Assembly: GCA_046483045.1 (NCBI GenBank)
Contig: JAWODY010000005.1
Coordinates: 512 to 64,511 of the forward strand
DNA: 64,000 nt
Direction: 5' to 3'
From: Anaerolineales bacterium
GTDB lineage: Bacteria; Chloroflexota; Anaerolineae; Anaerolineales; UBA11858
Positions 17,001 to 26,517 of the stretch are shown here, one piece after another; within the stretch, counting starts at the first letter, position 1; each line of letters begins with the position of its first letter. Made by a program: the position numbers and the translations under genes. The notes under the pieces were generated by a model. The model saw only the letters and a program-made list of their open reading frames with translations, did not search any database and had not been told where the DNA came from.

Positions 17001-17867
17001 TTAAAAGCGGGGAATCAAAACCGGGGTGTTCTCTTTGTATTCTTCGTAATCTTCCTGACCGCCCCATTTCTCATCTGCCTGTTTTTCCAGCATGGGCACG
17101 CCGCTGACGCGGGTCAGAAGCAGGGTGACGAAAACCGGGGAGATCATGGTCACCCACTGCCAGCCGCGCAGCACAGGGACGGCGATGATCGCTACCCCGA
17201 TCCAGAGCATGATCTCACCGAAATAATTGGGATGGCGGGATTTGGCCCACAGGCCGCTCTGGATGAATTTGCCCTGATTGCTTGGATCAGCCCGGAAGCT
17301 GTTCTTCTGGGCGTCTGCCAGGACTTCGATGGCAAACCCAAAAGCCCAGATCAAAAACCCGACCAGCGCAAACCATCCCAGTTCTTTGCGCTCCGTGGTG
17401 GTGATGGCGGCCAGGGCGGCAGCGATGGTGAAAGTCACCCATAACCCTTGTAAAGTCCAGGTGTTGAGAAAACGGGGGAAGGATGGGATGAGCTCGTCGA
17501 AGCGTTCATCTTTCCCTGTTTTCAGGATACGCAGGAAAAGGTAGGTGCCCAGGCGTGTGGCCCAGATCAGGACCATGGCCAGCAGCAGGACCGAGCGGTC
17601 ATCAACTACGGGAGCGAGCAGAACTGAGAGCAGGGAGACCGTGATGTAGGTCAGGCTTCCTGTGAGGTCGAAAAAGATCTCCGTCTTAAGCAGGTAAGCC
17701 GGGATGAAGGCGATCCATTGGATCATAAAAGCCAACCCCACTCCGAAAGCGAAAAGTGGGATCCCGAAAACCTGCACTCCTCCCTGGCCGCCAGCCAGGG
17801 CAATCCCCAGACCAACCAGGATGACAATGGGAATAGCGAGAAGCGCATTGCGATCAGATGTTTTCAT
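17001..17867 (-). CDS. DUF1295 / steroid-5-alpha-reductase-like membrane protein
   Basis: Polytopic, with the SGLWAKSRHPNYFGEIMLWIG motif. Confidence 0.75.
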   Translation of the reverse strand: MKTSDRNALLAIPIVILVGLGIALAGGQGGVQVFGIPLFAFGVGLAFMIQWIAFIPAYLLKTEIFFDLTGSLTYITVSLLSVLLAPVVDDRSVLLLAMVLIWATRLGTYLFLRILKTGKDERFDELIPSFPRFLNTWTLQGLWVTFTIAAALAAITTTERKELGWFALVGFLIWAFGFAIEVLADAQKNSFRADPSNQGKFIQSGLWAKSRHPNYFGEIMLWIGVAIIAVPVLRGWQWVTMISPVFVTLLLTRVSGVPMLEKQADEKWGGQEDYEEYKENTPVLIPRF

Positions 17868-18234
17868 GGTGTCCTAACCTTTCTTCCCCGCCTCAAAAAT
17901 AGAGGGGACGGGAAGATAGTTCTTATTTACCGTATCTTTGTGTGGATGCATGTGGTGAGTCGCTTTTCTCGCGTTCTGATAAAGAAATGTGGACTTCCGC
18001 TTCCATTGTAATCCAAAATGAGAGATTTCATCCATTCTCCTTTCCCCAAAGCTGATTTCTATTCCTCTTTCATGCTTTCATATTAGGCACTTGTCATGGT
18101 TCTCCTGGTCTGATGTCGTGACCACCAAGTCTGGCTCGCCGGAGGTCACTTGAGGCAAATCTGAGAAAACCATGCTACACTGGGGCAGGGATCATCCAGG
18201 GGCTTGATGGAATTGTTTTCTTGAGGGAGGTTCT

Positions 18235-19263
18235 ATGTGGTATATGAAAATCCTCCATACCAATCTGATGCCGAATTTCCTGCTTCGTCACATCCTGCGT
18301 TGGGTTAGTCAGCGCAGAATAAAAACCTTAGATCGCTTGCCGTTCTCAGAACTTGAACAGCGGCGCCGGGAATTAATGGCTAAACTGGATCGCAGCTCGA
18401 TCGCCATCCACACGGAGCTGCCGAATGTCCAGCATTACGAAGTGCCCCCGGAATTCTTCCAAACGGTTCTTGGTAAACGCCTAAAATACAGCTGCTGTTA
18501 TTGGCCGGAAGGAGTGATGGCGCTCGATGAAGCGGAAGAGGCCATGCTGGATCTCACCTGCCGCAGGGCGGGATTGGAAAACGGTGTGAGTGTGCTGGAC
18601 CTGGGCTGCGGGTGGGGATCCCTCACTTTGTGGATCGCGGAGCATTACCCGGACTGCCAGGTTACGGCAGTCTCGAATTCCGGGGACCAGATCGGGTTCG
18701 TCCGCGACCGTGCAGGGGAAAAAGGGTTCGAAAACGTCAAGGGGATCGTGGCGGATGTCAATGAGCTGGAATTAGACCACAAGTTTGACTGTGTGTTCTC
18801 CATCGAAATGTTCGAGCATATGAAGAATTATCGCCGATTGTTGGAAAAAATCAGCCGGATATTGAAACCGGAGGGGCGGCTTTTTGTGCATATTTTCAGC
18901 CACCGCCTATTTGCCTACGAATATGAGTTGGGTGACGATCCAAACTGGATGGCGAAAACCTTTTTCACGGGCGGGACAATGCCCTCAGACGACCTTTTGC
19001 TCCATTACCAGGAGGATTTATATCTGGTCGATCATTGGCGCCTATCTGGGCTGCACTACCAAAAAACCCTCCGCAGTTGGTGGGAAAACATGGGCCGCCG
19101 AAAATTGCGAGTCCAGGAGATTTTAGCCGGGGCGTATGGTCCTGATCAGGTCAGGCGCTGGTGGGTCAATTGGCAGTTGTTTTTCATGGCTTGTGAAGAG
19201 ACCTGGGCCAGCCGTGGAGGGCGGGAATATATCGTTTCCCATTACCTCTTTCGAAAACGCTGA
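18235..19263 (+). CDS. Cyclopropane-fatty-acyl-phospholipid synthase-family SAM methyltransferase
   Basis: HYEVPPEFFQTVLGKRLKYSCCYW and VLDLGCGWGSL. It is divergent from the DUF1295 gene. Confidence 0.85.
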   Translation: MWYMKILHTNLMPNFLLRHILRWVSQRRIKTLDRLPFSELEQRRRELMAKLDRSSIAIHTELPNVQHYEVPPEFFQTVLGKRLKYSCCYWPEGVMALDEAEEAMLDLTCRRAGLENGVSVLDLGCGWGSLTLWIAEHYPDCQVTAVSNSGDQIGFVRDRAGEKGFENVKGIVADVNELELDHKFDCVFSIEMFEHMKNYRRLLEKISRILKPEGRLFVHIFSHRLFAYEYELGDDPNWMAKTFFTGGTMPSDDLLLHYQEDLYLVDHWRLSGLHYQKTLRSWWENMGRRKLRVQEILAGAYGPDQVRRWWVNWQLFFMACEETWASRGGREYIVSHYLFRKR

Positions 19264-19292
19264 CGAAGTGTGAATGTGACAGCTTCCCCGGA

Positions 19293-19781
19293 TTATGGAT
19301 CATGATCTGTGTGGGGAGGATCAATGGGGTTATGTTCGTCTGGCCCCCTCCGTTCAGGCTCTTGTTCTCGTTTCCCCTCTTTTTGGCTTGATAAAATCAT
19401 CTCTTCGGTCAGTGTCTTTAAGCTCAGGATATGGATGGTAACGCCCACGGCGATTATCAAAAGGAGTCCGCGGAGGAGCCATGAATGTAAAACGCCGAAA
19501 GCCGTGTAACTGATAGTACCCCATAACAAGATCAGGGTCCCTATCTTGGCACGAAGTGTGACAGCTTTGAATTCCCGGTAATTGCGGATGTAAGGCCCGA
19601 ACCATTTATGGTTGATCAGCCACTGGTACAATCGCTCTGAACTGCGGATGAAACAGGCGGCCGCCAACAATAAGAAAGGGGTCGTGGGTAGAACGGGAAG
19701 AAAGATACCCAGCACACCCAGCCCAACAGACAGCAGTCCTGCTATTATCAGCAGCCATTTTCGCCAGATTGAATCACGCAT
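19293..19781 (-). CDS. DUF454 (YbaN-like) inner membrane protein
   Basis: GIFLPVLPTTPFLLLAAACFIRSSERLYQWL. Confidence 0.75.
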   Translation of the reverse strand: MRDSIWRKWLLIIAGLLSVGLGVLGIFLPVLPTTPFLLLAAACFIRSSERLYQWLINHKWFGPYIRNYREFKAVTLRAKIGTLILLWGTISYTAFGVLHSWLLRGLLLIIAVGVTIHILSLKTLTEEMILSSQKEGKREQEPERRGPDEHNPIDPPHTDHDP

Positions 19782-19834
19782 CTACGTCTAAAAACTCCAG
19801 ATCAAAAAGTAGGATTCTTTTCATATTTGGGGGA

Positions 19835-20470
19835 TCACTTCTTCTCCGAAGCGGGTTGGAAGATGACATTGATAAAATAATCCCGCTGTCCTGTGAACCC
19901 GCGGTTGGGAATGATCTTTCCCCTTTGGACTTCCTCTAGGCGAAAGCCATATTTACCGACGCTTAAACCCCTTATGGAAGCATCGTCTGAATTATAAGGG
20001 ATGGGTCCGGAGGGACCCCTGTCCGGGTGCCAGTGGGCGAAAATGTCGCCTTTTTTCACAGGCAGGGGTGGATTGAACTGGAAGGTGTCAATGCCGGCCC
20101 GTGCCGCAGGCTGGTCATCGGCCGGTAAAGGGAGGCTATGGATGATCTCCCAACCTTCGGGTCTCGGCCGCAGGATAAGCAATCTGACGCTCTCCGGGGT
20201 TTCATCAGCGTCTTCTAAACATATTGTACCTGTTACCAAGCCCTCGCCGGGCATCGGGTAATTGTGGATAAAAAGATGTTTTTTGGCGTTTCCGTCTCCC
20301 TGTGGGTGATCAAGAATACGGTGGGTGAGATCGAAGCCCACCGCTGTGGCTCGCCGGGCTTTTTCCTGATCAGGCTTGAAGGGCGGAAGGCTCTTGCAGG
20401 AAAGGGATACGGCAATAAGCGTTAGAACGAGAAAGGGGATGAGTTTCGAATGTCTTTTCTTGCCAGCCAT
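19835..20470 (-). CDS. Lipoprotein, unknown function
   Basis: Signal peptide plus lipobox (AVSLSC). Confidence 0.55.
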   Translation of the reverse strand: MAGKKRHSKLIPFLVLTLIAVSLSCKSLPPFKPDQEKARRATAVGFDLTHRILDHPQGDGNAKKHLFIHNYPMPGEGLVTGTICLEDADETPESVRLLILRPRPEGWEIIHSLPLPADDQPAARAGIDTFQFNPPLPVKKGDIFAHWHPDRGPSGPIPYNSDDASIRGLSVGKYGFRLEEVQRGKIIPNRGFTGQRDYFINVIFQPASEKK

Positions 20471-20500
20471 GATTTCTCCTCCTTTCCGAGTCTTCTCTTC

Positions 20501-21054
20501 TTATGATGTGGAACCCTGGTGGAGGGCTGTAAACTCGATAAATTGGTCGACGAAACGTTCAAACACCGAGCAAAAATCCTTGTCTACCAATGTTCCCGTT
20601 TCATCGAATTTGTGCTGCATTTCGCCAACCAGCAGCATTTGGGGCTGCGGGTAAGCGAAGATGGAGAGGATGATCCGCTGCACCTGATACGCGGCCCTCA
20701 TCCCGCCTTTGCTGCCCGTTGAGCTGGTGGCGACTCCGATAGGTTTTCTGCGAAAACTGTCTTTCGCAAAGACATCGATGAAATTTTTCAACCCCGAGGA
20801 AATGCTGCCATTATATTCCGGGGTCAGGAAGATGATCCCATCAGATGCCTTAAGGGTTTCCATGATGGTTGTCCAGTTTTCGGGTTTTTCGGGATGGCGG
20901 TGATATCGCTCTTTGAATCGCGGCAATTTTACCTCTGCCAGATCGATGATTTTCGCTTCTTGACCTTTTCTTTTAAAGGAGCGTTCTAGGGCCAGGGCAA
21001 TGCGGTGGCTGACCCTGCTGACCTGGTGCTGGTGGAAATGATGGTGATTTTCAT
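20501..21054 (-). pseudogene. NAD(P)H-dependent FMN reductase, frameshifted near codon 12-16
   Basis: The ATG at 21054 has AAAGGAGG upstream and gives MKITIISTSTRSAGS, then a stop. The rest of the fold (SRVSHRIALALERSFKRKGQEAKIIDL..FLTPEYNGSISSGLKNFIDV) is in another frame. The span is 554 nt, which is not a multiple of 3. Confidence 0.65.
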
Positions 21055-21227
21055 CTCTATCCTCCTTTATCCCCTATCATACCCCAAGGCAGGCGGCTAT
21101 CCATCAGCCCTGCAGGATAATCTGCGCATAGTCAAATTTGGCCTATCAGAACAGCCTTCACGACATCGTTGAGCAGGGTTCTTTCATGCTCTGGATTATT
21201 CTCATGGGTTTCCACGAAGATAATCTA

Positions 21228-21890
21228 TTATTCTTGTTCAATTCCCCTTTTTTTTATCCAGCCCCCGAGTCCAGCTGCAATGCCGATACCCAGATTCAGA
21301 AAACTGCTCCCGATAAAGGCCCATTTCACGATCGTGAAGATAGGCGCCAAAAAGACGGCCCCTGCAGTATGGCTGGGGTAACGAGACATGACCAGGGAAG
21401 TGGAGATGTTTTCCAGGTAATCGAATCCCGCGCCCAAGAGAGGAGTTAGATTCATCCGCATCCAGAAGCTTTCTGATGGAAGAACTTTTTTATAAACCCA
21501 GCTGATTGCTATGGTCAAGAATATGGCATATACAAGGGGGAAGATTAGATCGAAGGTGAATCGAGTCCGGATATATGCTTTTCTGCCTTCTGACCCGTAT
21601 TCCTCTGCTAATTGATATAATTTTTCCGGGGTATAGTAAAGGGAAGTGTCGGGTGACCCAGCTCCTCCTGTTTCTTTCTCGGACCTCGCGGACTGAGCTG
21701 GGAGAACGAAAAGGGAAAAAAGCAAAAAGCTCAAGAGGGCGGACAAGGCAACCCAGCCTTTTGAAAATTCAATTATCCAGACAGAAAGTCGTTTTAGCAT
21801 GCTTCGCTCCGGGACTCGCTTGATTTTAGCGATGGTCCCCCAGATCCCTGGGGAGAGGTCACTCCTGCTGAAAGAATTCCTTCCTCTCAA
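21228..21890 (-). CDS. Hypothetical membrane protein
   Basis: Several TM segments and no recognisable motif. The start is probably an internal Met (MLKRLSVW). Confidence 0.5.
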   Translation of the reverse strand: MRGRNSFSRSDLSPGIWGTIAKIKRVPERSMLKRLSVWIIEFSKGWVALSALLSFLLFSLFVLPAQSARSEKETGGAGSPDTSLYYTPEKLYQLAEEYGSEGRKAYIRTRFTFDLIFPLVYAIFLTIAISWVYKKVLPSESFWMRMNLTPLLGAGFDYLENISTSLVMSRYPSHTAGAVFLAPIFTIVKWAFIGSSFLNLGIGIAAGLGGWIKKRGIEQE

Positions 21891-22732
21891 CTCTTTTTGA
21901 ATGAAAGCTTATTGCTCAAAAACATATCGCATACAGCGCGGAATGATTCTCTGTCTGTCCACATCAGGGGATGTTCCTCGCCGTAGGGATGATCCGCTGT
22001 GCTGGTCAGATGGAGGCTGCAGTCGGGGATAAGGCCCGATAATCTGGCGAAATCCTGGGCGATACCCGGCGTGAGCACATCCTGCAGGCTTCCAGTCAGC
22101 AGGACTGGACAGGGGATGGCGTTGAGCACGAAGTCGTGCACTTTATATCCACCCCGGTCCGCGAGCTTCCGCAGGAGGACGGTGTCCGCGTCCACCACGT
22201 CCCGCCAGTCATCCCCGTGCTGCTTTTCCAGTGATTTTGCATTGCGAACGTAGAAATGCTCCCGGACGTCGAGGGCGCGGTGCAGGGTCCGGGGTTTCAG
22301 GTCGCTCAGGAAGCTGTCCGCGATCACGCAGGTGGGCGTTATCCGGTGCTGCGCGAACTGTTTTCCGGCAAAATGGAGTGCAGCCAAAGATCCGAATCCA
22401 GATCCTATCACACAGCATTCTTCAATACCCAGTTCCATGAGCAAATGGCAGGCGAAATCCGCCCAATAATTCCAGAGGTTATACTCTTGTTCGTCCAGAT
22501 ATTTGACATCCCGGGTAGACTTCCCTTTTCCGGGATAATCATAGGAAAGAACATGAAATTGACCGCTGAAGTGGTCCAGCTCCTTCGCATAGGCCTCAGA
22601 AGAATGCAGATTGTCCGGGAAGATCAGCATCGCGGGGCCCGAGCCTTTCTCTGTATAATAGATGTCTTGTTCAGCGATATTAATCTTGGTCATCGATTTT
22701 CTCCTTATGAAAAATATTTTATTATCCCCCAT
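21887..22732 (-). CDS. Alpha/beta-hydrolase-fold protein lacking a canonical GxSxG
   Basis: Fold-typical layout (FPDNLHSS.., YDYPGKGKS), but the nucleophile-elbow position reads VIGSGFGSLAAL. Confidence 0.6.
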   Translation of the reverse strand: MGDNKIFFIRRKSMTKINIAEQDIYYTEKGSGPAMLIFPDNLHSSEAYAKELDHFSGQFHVLSYDYPGKGKSTRDVKYLDEQEYNLWNYWADFACHLLMELGIEECCVIGSGFGSLAALHFAGKQFAQHRITPTCVIADSFLSDLKPRTLHRALDVREHFYVRNAKSLEKQHGDDWRDVVDADTVLLRKLADRGGYKVHDFVLNAIPCPVLLTGSLQDVLTPGIAQDFARLSGLIPDCSLHLTSTADHPYGEEHPLMWTDRESFRAVCDMFLSNKLSFKKS

Positions 22733-22915
22733 CCCAGGGAAGGGATGGGGGCATGCTCCTTATTCTCGATTGTTTGCTTAGGAGGGCTATCATCGTTACC
22801 ATATTTCTTTGTCAAGGTGTCCCAACCCCTGTGTTTTCAGATACCGGACCCTTTGATGGCCCTTTACATGGATAAAGGAAGGTGGATTCTCCCAGGAACC
22901 TGTATAACGTACCAC

Positions 22916-23155
22916 TCATTTTGCCCAACTTGGATATTTTTCACTCTCAGTCTGGCCCTTTCGGCTAACCTTGTCAATGCTGGAAATCTTCGCCCGCCCT
23001 GCGATCTTTCCCCGGTGGATCAGGTAGGTGTAATCGCCGGGTTCAGCTTGTCTGGGTTGGAAGGTGAGGGGTATAAAATGGTCCGCTTGCGAGAGAATAT
23101 GCGTCACAATACTTTCTTGCTTGTCTTTAGGAATCGTGCGCGTAAAGCTCGACAT
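22916..23155 (-). CDS. Hypothetical small protein (79 aa from the internal Met)
   Basis: MSSFTRTIPKDKQESIV..GDYTYLIHRGKIAGRAKISSID. No family recognised. Confidence 0.3.
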   Translation of the reverse strand: MSSFTRTIPKDKQESIVTHILSQADHFIPLTFQPRQAEPGDYTYLIHRGKIAGRAKISSIDKVSRKGQTESEKYPSWAK

Positions 23156-23255
23156 TGCGTTTTTTCTTCCTTCCCTATGAAGCCCTGGGCTTGAGGATGA
23201 GGACAAAAACTGGTCCGGTGGACACAGCTGTCTGTTCTGGCTCATTGTTGGGGGT

Positions 23256-26200
23256 TTACTCCGGGATCCGGATGACCGGCAGTGTGACTATTTCTAAGGT
23301 CACAGGTTGGCCCAATTCCGCGCCTAAGGCAGCAGCGATCTCTTCTACCACATCCTGGTTGATGTCGTGGGTGGAACGTATGGTAACGACCACTGAAAAA
23401 GACTCATTTTTTGATAGGTATTCAAAGTCAACCATATTCCAGGGACGGTCAGCCATCTGTTCTTGCAGCACCTCGTGGACGGCTTGCTGTTGGGCAGTAT
23501 CTTTCACCACGCTGCCTATGATCACACCCAGCGGGATGGTGACCACAATCAATAACAGGGTAAATCCGATGAGTCCCCTGCGCATGCGCTGCCTTGATTC
23601 CAGCTGCCAGGTTTGGGGGCGCACCCCCAAGACAATAAATACGAGTACGCCTGCCAGGCTGATGGCTGCGATGTTGGTGATGAAGAGTAGGAAGGCACCG
23701 CCCACCACTTCTGGTTTTCCGAAAGAAAGTCCCAGACCCAATACACCCAGAGGAGGCATCAGCGCGGCAGCGATCGCCACACCTGGTAAAGCAGCCCCGA
23801 CTTCCTTCCGGGCCAGGGCGTACGCCCCCGCCATCCCTGAGGCGAGAGCCACCACCAGATCGAGTAAGGTTGGCTGGATTCGAGATAAGATCTCGTTTGT
23901 TAGTTCTTTAAAGGGGGAGAGCAGGCCAGTGAAAACAGCGATTACGACAGCCAGAGCAACGCCTTTGAACACGGCCTCAATCGAAAGGCGTATCATTCTT
24001 ATATCTCCCAGCACCATCCCCAGGGAAAACCCCATGATGGGTGACATGAGAGGGGCCACCAGCATCGCACCGATGACTACTGCTGAGCTGTCCAACAGCA
24101 GTCCCAGGGATGCGATGATGCTGGAGAGGGTGATGAGGACAAAATAGTTGATACCCGGACGAGCGCTGTCACTCATCGTTTCCCGGAGTTCCAGCTGTTC
24201 TTCAATATTAAGCCTGGGAAGCAGGCGGAAAAAGTTGTTGATTAATCTCCTAAACCAAACTTGAGTCGGGCCTGTAGAGTGTTTGACGATCACAGCTGTC
24301 CTCGGAACCCTGGCAGCGATCTTCTGGGGAATGGATCCGAAGGCAAATTGGTCGAATAAACCTTCATCTGAAGCACCCAGGAGAACCAGATCATACTCTT
24401 TGGCTTCTCTGACGATGCCGTCCACTACGCTGTCCGCGACGACGACTTTTTGTTCAGGTGGGCAGCTGAAATCCAGTCCTTCAAGGGTTTTATTGATCAG
24501 ATACCGGTTTTTCTTCATTCGCTGCGGTGTGGCTCGTCCTTGTTGGACGTATAAGGCTGTGACCTGGGAATCAAAGACTTCGGAAAGCAGCCAGGCAAGG
24601 CGGGCAGAGATAGGGGCGTTTGGACCCCCAGAAGTTGGGATGAGAATCTTTTTCGCCTTGGACCACTCCGCTCCTTTGGCAACGGTAACATCACAGGTAG
24701 CGTTGCGTATCACGGAGTCTATGATCGGTCCCATGGAAGCACCGGCAGAGCGTGTGTACCCACGCCATCCCAAGACTATTAAGTCCACATTTTCTTCATG
24801 GGCAGTGTCAAGGATACCTTCCGCAACATTGTGGGCCACGCGTGTCATGGTCTGAAGGACAAAGTTTTCCTCTTTGGCTTGATTTAACGCTTGCTCCAGA
24901 ATGACCCGGCCGGCTTCTGCCCGGCGGCGTCCTGCGTCCAGCGGCACCTGATCGGGAACTGTCACGACCTGCAGGGCAAGCACTTCCCCGTTTTGTTGTC
25001 GGGCGAGGACACCCGCAAGGCGGATAAGTGCCCCTGCTGTGGCTGGGTTGGCCACGGGGACAAGGATCCGATATCCCAATTCAGCCCGTTCCTCAGGGGG
25101 CGGTTTGAAGACCGTCTTGCCTTCTTTGGTCTCAATGTGATGATTTCGGGCATATATGAAATAAATCAGGTATCCAGCTGCTAAGAATGCCGCCCCTAGG
25201 GCAAGATATGATGCTCCACTCAAAGGCAATAGAAATATATCTAGAATCAGAACTAACCCCGGCACCCAGGGGTGAAAAGGCAATCTGAATGGACTGGATT
25301 CCACCTGTTTATTCAGCAGGAGGGTGAGGTTGATGGCCATAAGGACAAAAAGGTAAAGCGTTCCTGCCATCCGGCTCAGGAAATCTCCGGGCATAGTGAC
25401 CAGAGGCAGAGTGAGCAGAGTAACCAAAAAGATGGTCCAGATGGGTGTCCCGAAAGCGGGTTGTATGCGCCTGAGAACCGCGGGGAGGTATCCATCTTTG
25501 CTCATGGCGAATATCTGTTGGGTTACCAACGTTAAGCTGCCTCGGAACGCAAGGGCCAACCCAAACGCTCCTGTCATCAGGATAAATGGTCTTCCTGCTC
25601 CCCCGATCAGACGGGTTCCCAATTGAGCGAGAGGTACTTGCGTCCCGGCAAGTACCTTATCTCCCACCACGCCCACTGCGACAGCTGTGATCGCAGCTGT
25701 CAGCACAAAAGCTAGGCCGAGTGTCAACAGCAGGGCTCGGGGTGTGTCTTTCACACGCTTTGCCATTTCCCCCTGTAGACTGCCCACCAGCTCAATGCCG
25801 ATAAAAGGGACCAGGAGCAAGGGTAACACATGATTCCACTGCACCTGTGTCATTGTATAGTTATCATAATCAATATTTGGGATGGCCAAAAGGATGAATC
25901 CAAGCATGATGGCCAAGAATAATAATAAAGCTTGCCCCTGCCGTCTGCCGCGGGTTCCCAGACCATTGTTGGCAGCTGATAATACTACCAGGATTGCTGC
26001 CCAGAGCCAGGCGGGAAATCCTAATCTGAGAAAATCAGTTAAGATCGTGGTAATTTGGATGGCAAACATCTTTGCCAACAGAGCACAAACGAGGAGCCCG
26101 GCTGTGATCAAAGTCCAGCCGGTGAGGAAAGACAGCCAACCCCCTTGAATTTCATGGATTTGAATATAGGCTCCCCCAACCCGGATTCTTCTTCTATTTC

Positions 26201-26450
26201 GCTCTACGCTGGATCCGGGGACACTCAAGGCAAGCTCGATATATCCCAGGACATTGGCCAGCAAAAATAAACCCGCCAGCAAGATGATCAAGGGGGATAA
26301 CGAACCGGCAGCGGCAACTGTGTTGTCCAAGAGAACGAACACAGAAAGGACTAACATCACCCCCAGGCCTCGTGCGACCACCTGCCAGAGCTTCAAACGG
26401 CGACTGAAACGGATTTTATTCATAAAAATATTTCCATACCCCAAGCACAT
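23256..26450 (-). CDS. Four-module fusion: APC-type amino-acid/polyamine permease, 2 universal stress protein domains, and a DUF389 membrane domain
   Basis: ~450 aa polytopic N-terminus. Two USP folds (YRILVPVANP..DLIVLGWRG and KKILIPTSGGPN..DLVLLGASDEG). The C-terminal INYFVLITLSSIIASLGLLLDSSAVVIGAMLVAPLMSPI is typical of DUF389. Confidence 0.75.
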   Translation of the reverse strand: MCLGYGNIFMNKIRFSRRLKLWQVVARGLGVMLVLSVFVLLDNTVAAAGSLSPLIILLAGLFLLANVLGYIELALSVPGSSVERNRRRIRVGGAYIQIHEIQGGWLSFLTGWTLITAGLLVCALLAKMFAIQITTILTDFLRLGFPAWLWAAILVVLSAANNGLGTRGRRQGQALLLFLAIMLGFILLAIPNIDYDNYTMTQVQWNHVLPLLLVPFIGIELVGSLQGEMAKRVKDTPRALLLTLGLAFVLTAAITAVAVGVVGDKVLAGTQVPLAQLGTRLIGGAGRPFILMTGAFGLALAFRGSLTLVTQQIFAMSKDGYLPAVLRRIQPAFGTPIWTIFLVTLLTLPLVTMPGDFLSRMAGTLYLFVLMAINLTLLLNKQVESSPFRLPFHPWVPGLVLILDIFLLPLSGASYLALGAAFLAAGYLIYFIYARNHHIETKEGKTVFKPPPEERAELGYRILVPVANPATAGALIRLAGVLARQQNGEVLALQVVTVPDQVPLDAGRRRAEAGRVILEQALNQAKEENFVLQTMTRVAHNVAEGILDTAHEENVDLIVLGWRGYTRSAGASMGPIIDSVIRNATCDVTVAKGAEWSKAKKILIPTSGGPNAPISARLAWLLSEVFDSQVTALYVQQGRATPQRMKKNRYLINKTLEGLDFSCPPEQKVVVADSVVDGIVREAKEYDLVLLGASDEGLFDQFAFGSIPQKIAARVPRTAVIVKHSTGPTQVWFRRLINNFFRLLPRLNIEEQLELRETMSDSARPGINYFVLITLSSIIASLGLLLDSSAVVIGAMLVAPLMSPIMGFSLGMVLGDIRMIRLSIEAVFKGVALAVVIAVFTGLLSPFKELTNEILSRIQPTLLDLVVALASGMAGAYALARKEVGAALPGVAIAAALMPPLGVLGLGLSFGKPEVVGGAFLLFITNIAAISLAGVLVFIVLGVRPQTWQLESRQRMRRGLIGFTLLLIVVTIPLGVIIGSVVKDTAQQQAVHEVLQEQMADRPWNMVDFEYLSKNESFSVVVTIRSTHDINQDVVEEIAAALGAELGQPVTLEIVTLPVIRIPE

Positions 26451-26517
26451 TTTATGATCAGGATCTCAACTGACCATAGGGACCCACAACTGATTATAAT
26501 CTGACCGTGTTTCTACT

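Noticed and set aside
23155-24147. 330-aa plus-strand ORF, and several other 60-200-aa ORFs antisense to the 1064-aa fusion gene
   Set aside because: They sit opposite a motif-rich ORF, and their composition (S/T/R/P/A-rich) is typical of antisense frames in GC-rich coding DNA. The same reasoning applies to 51428..52345-, 57490..58047+, 57990..58754+, 43565..44209-, 59812..60399+ and 60979..61785+.
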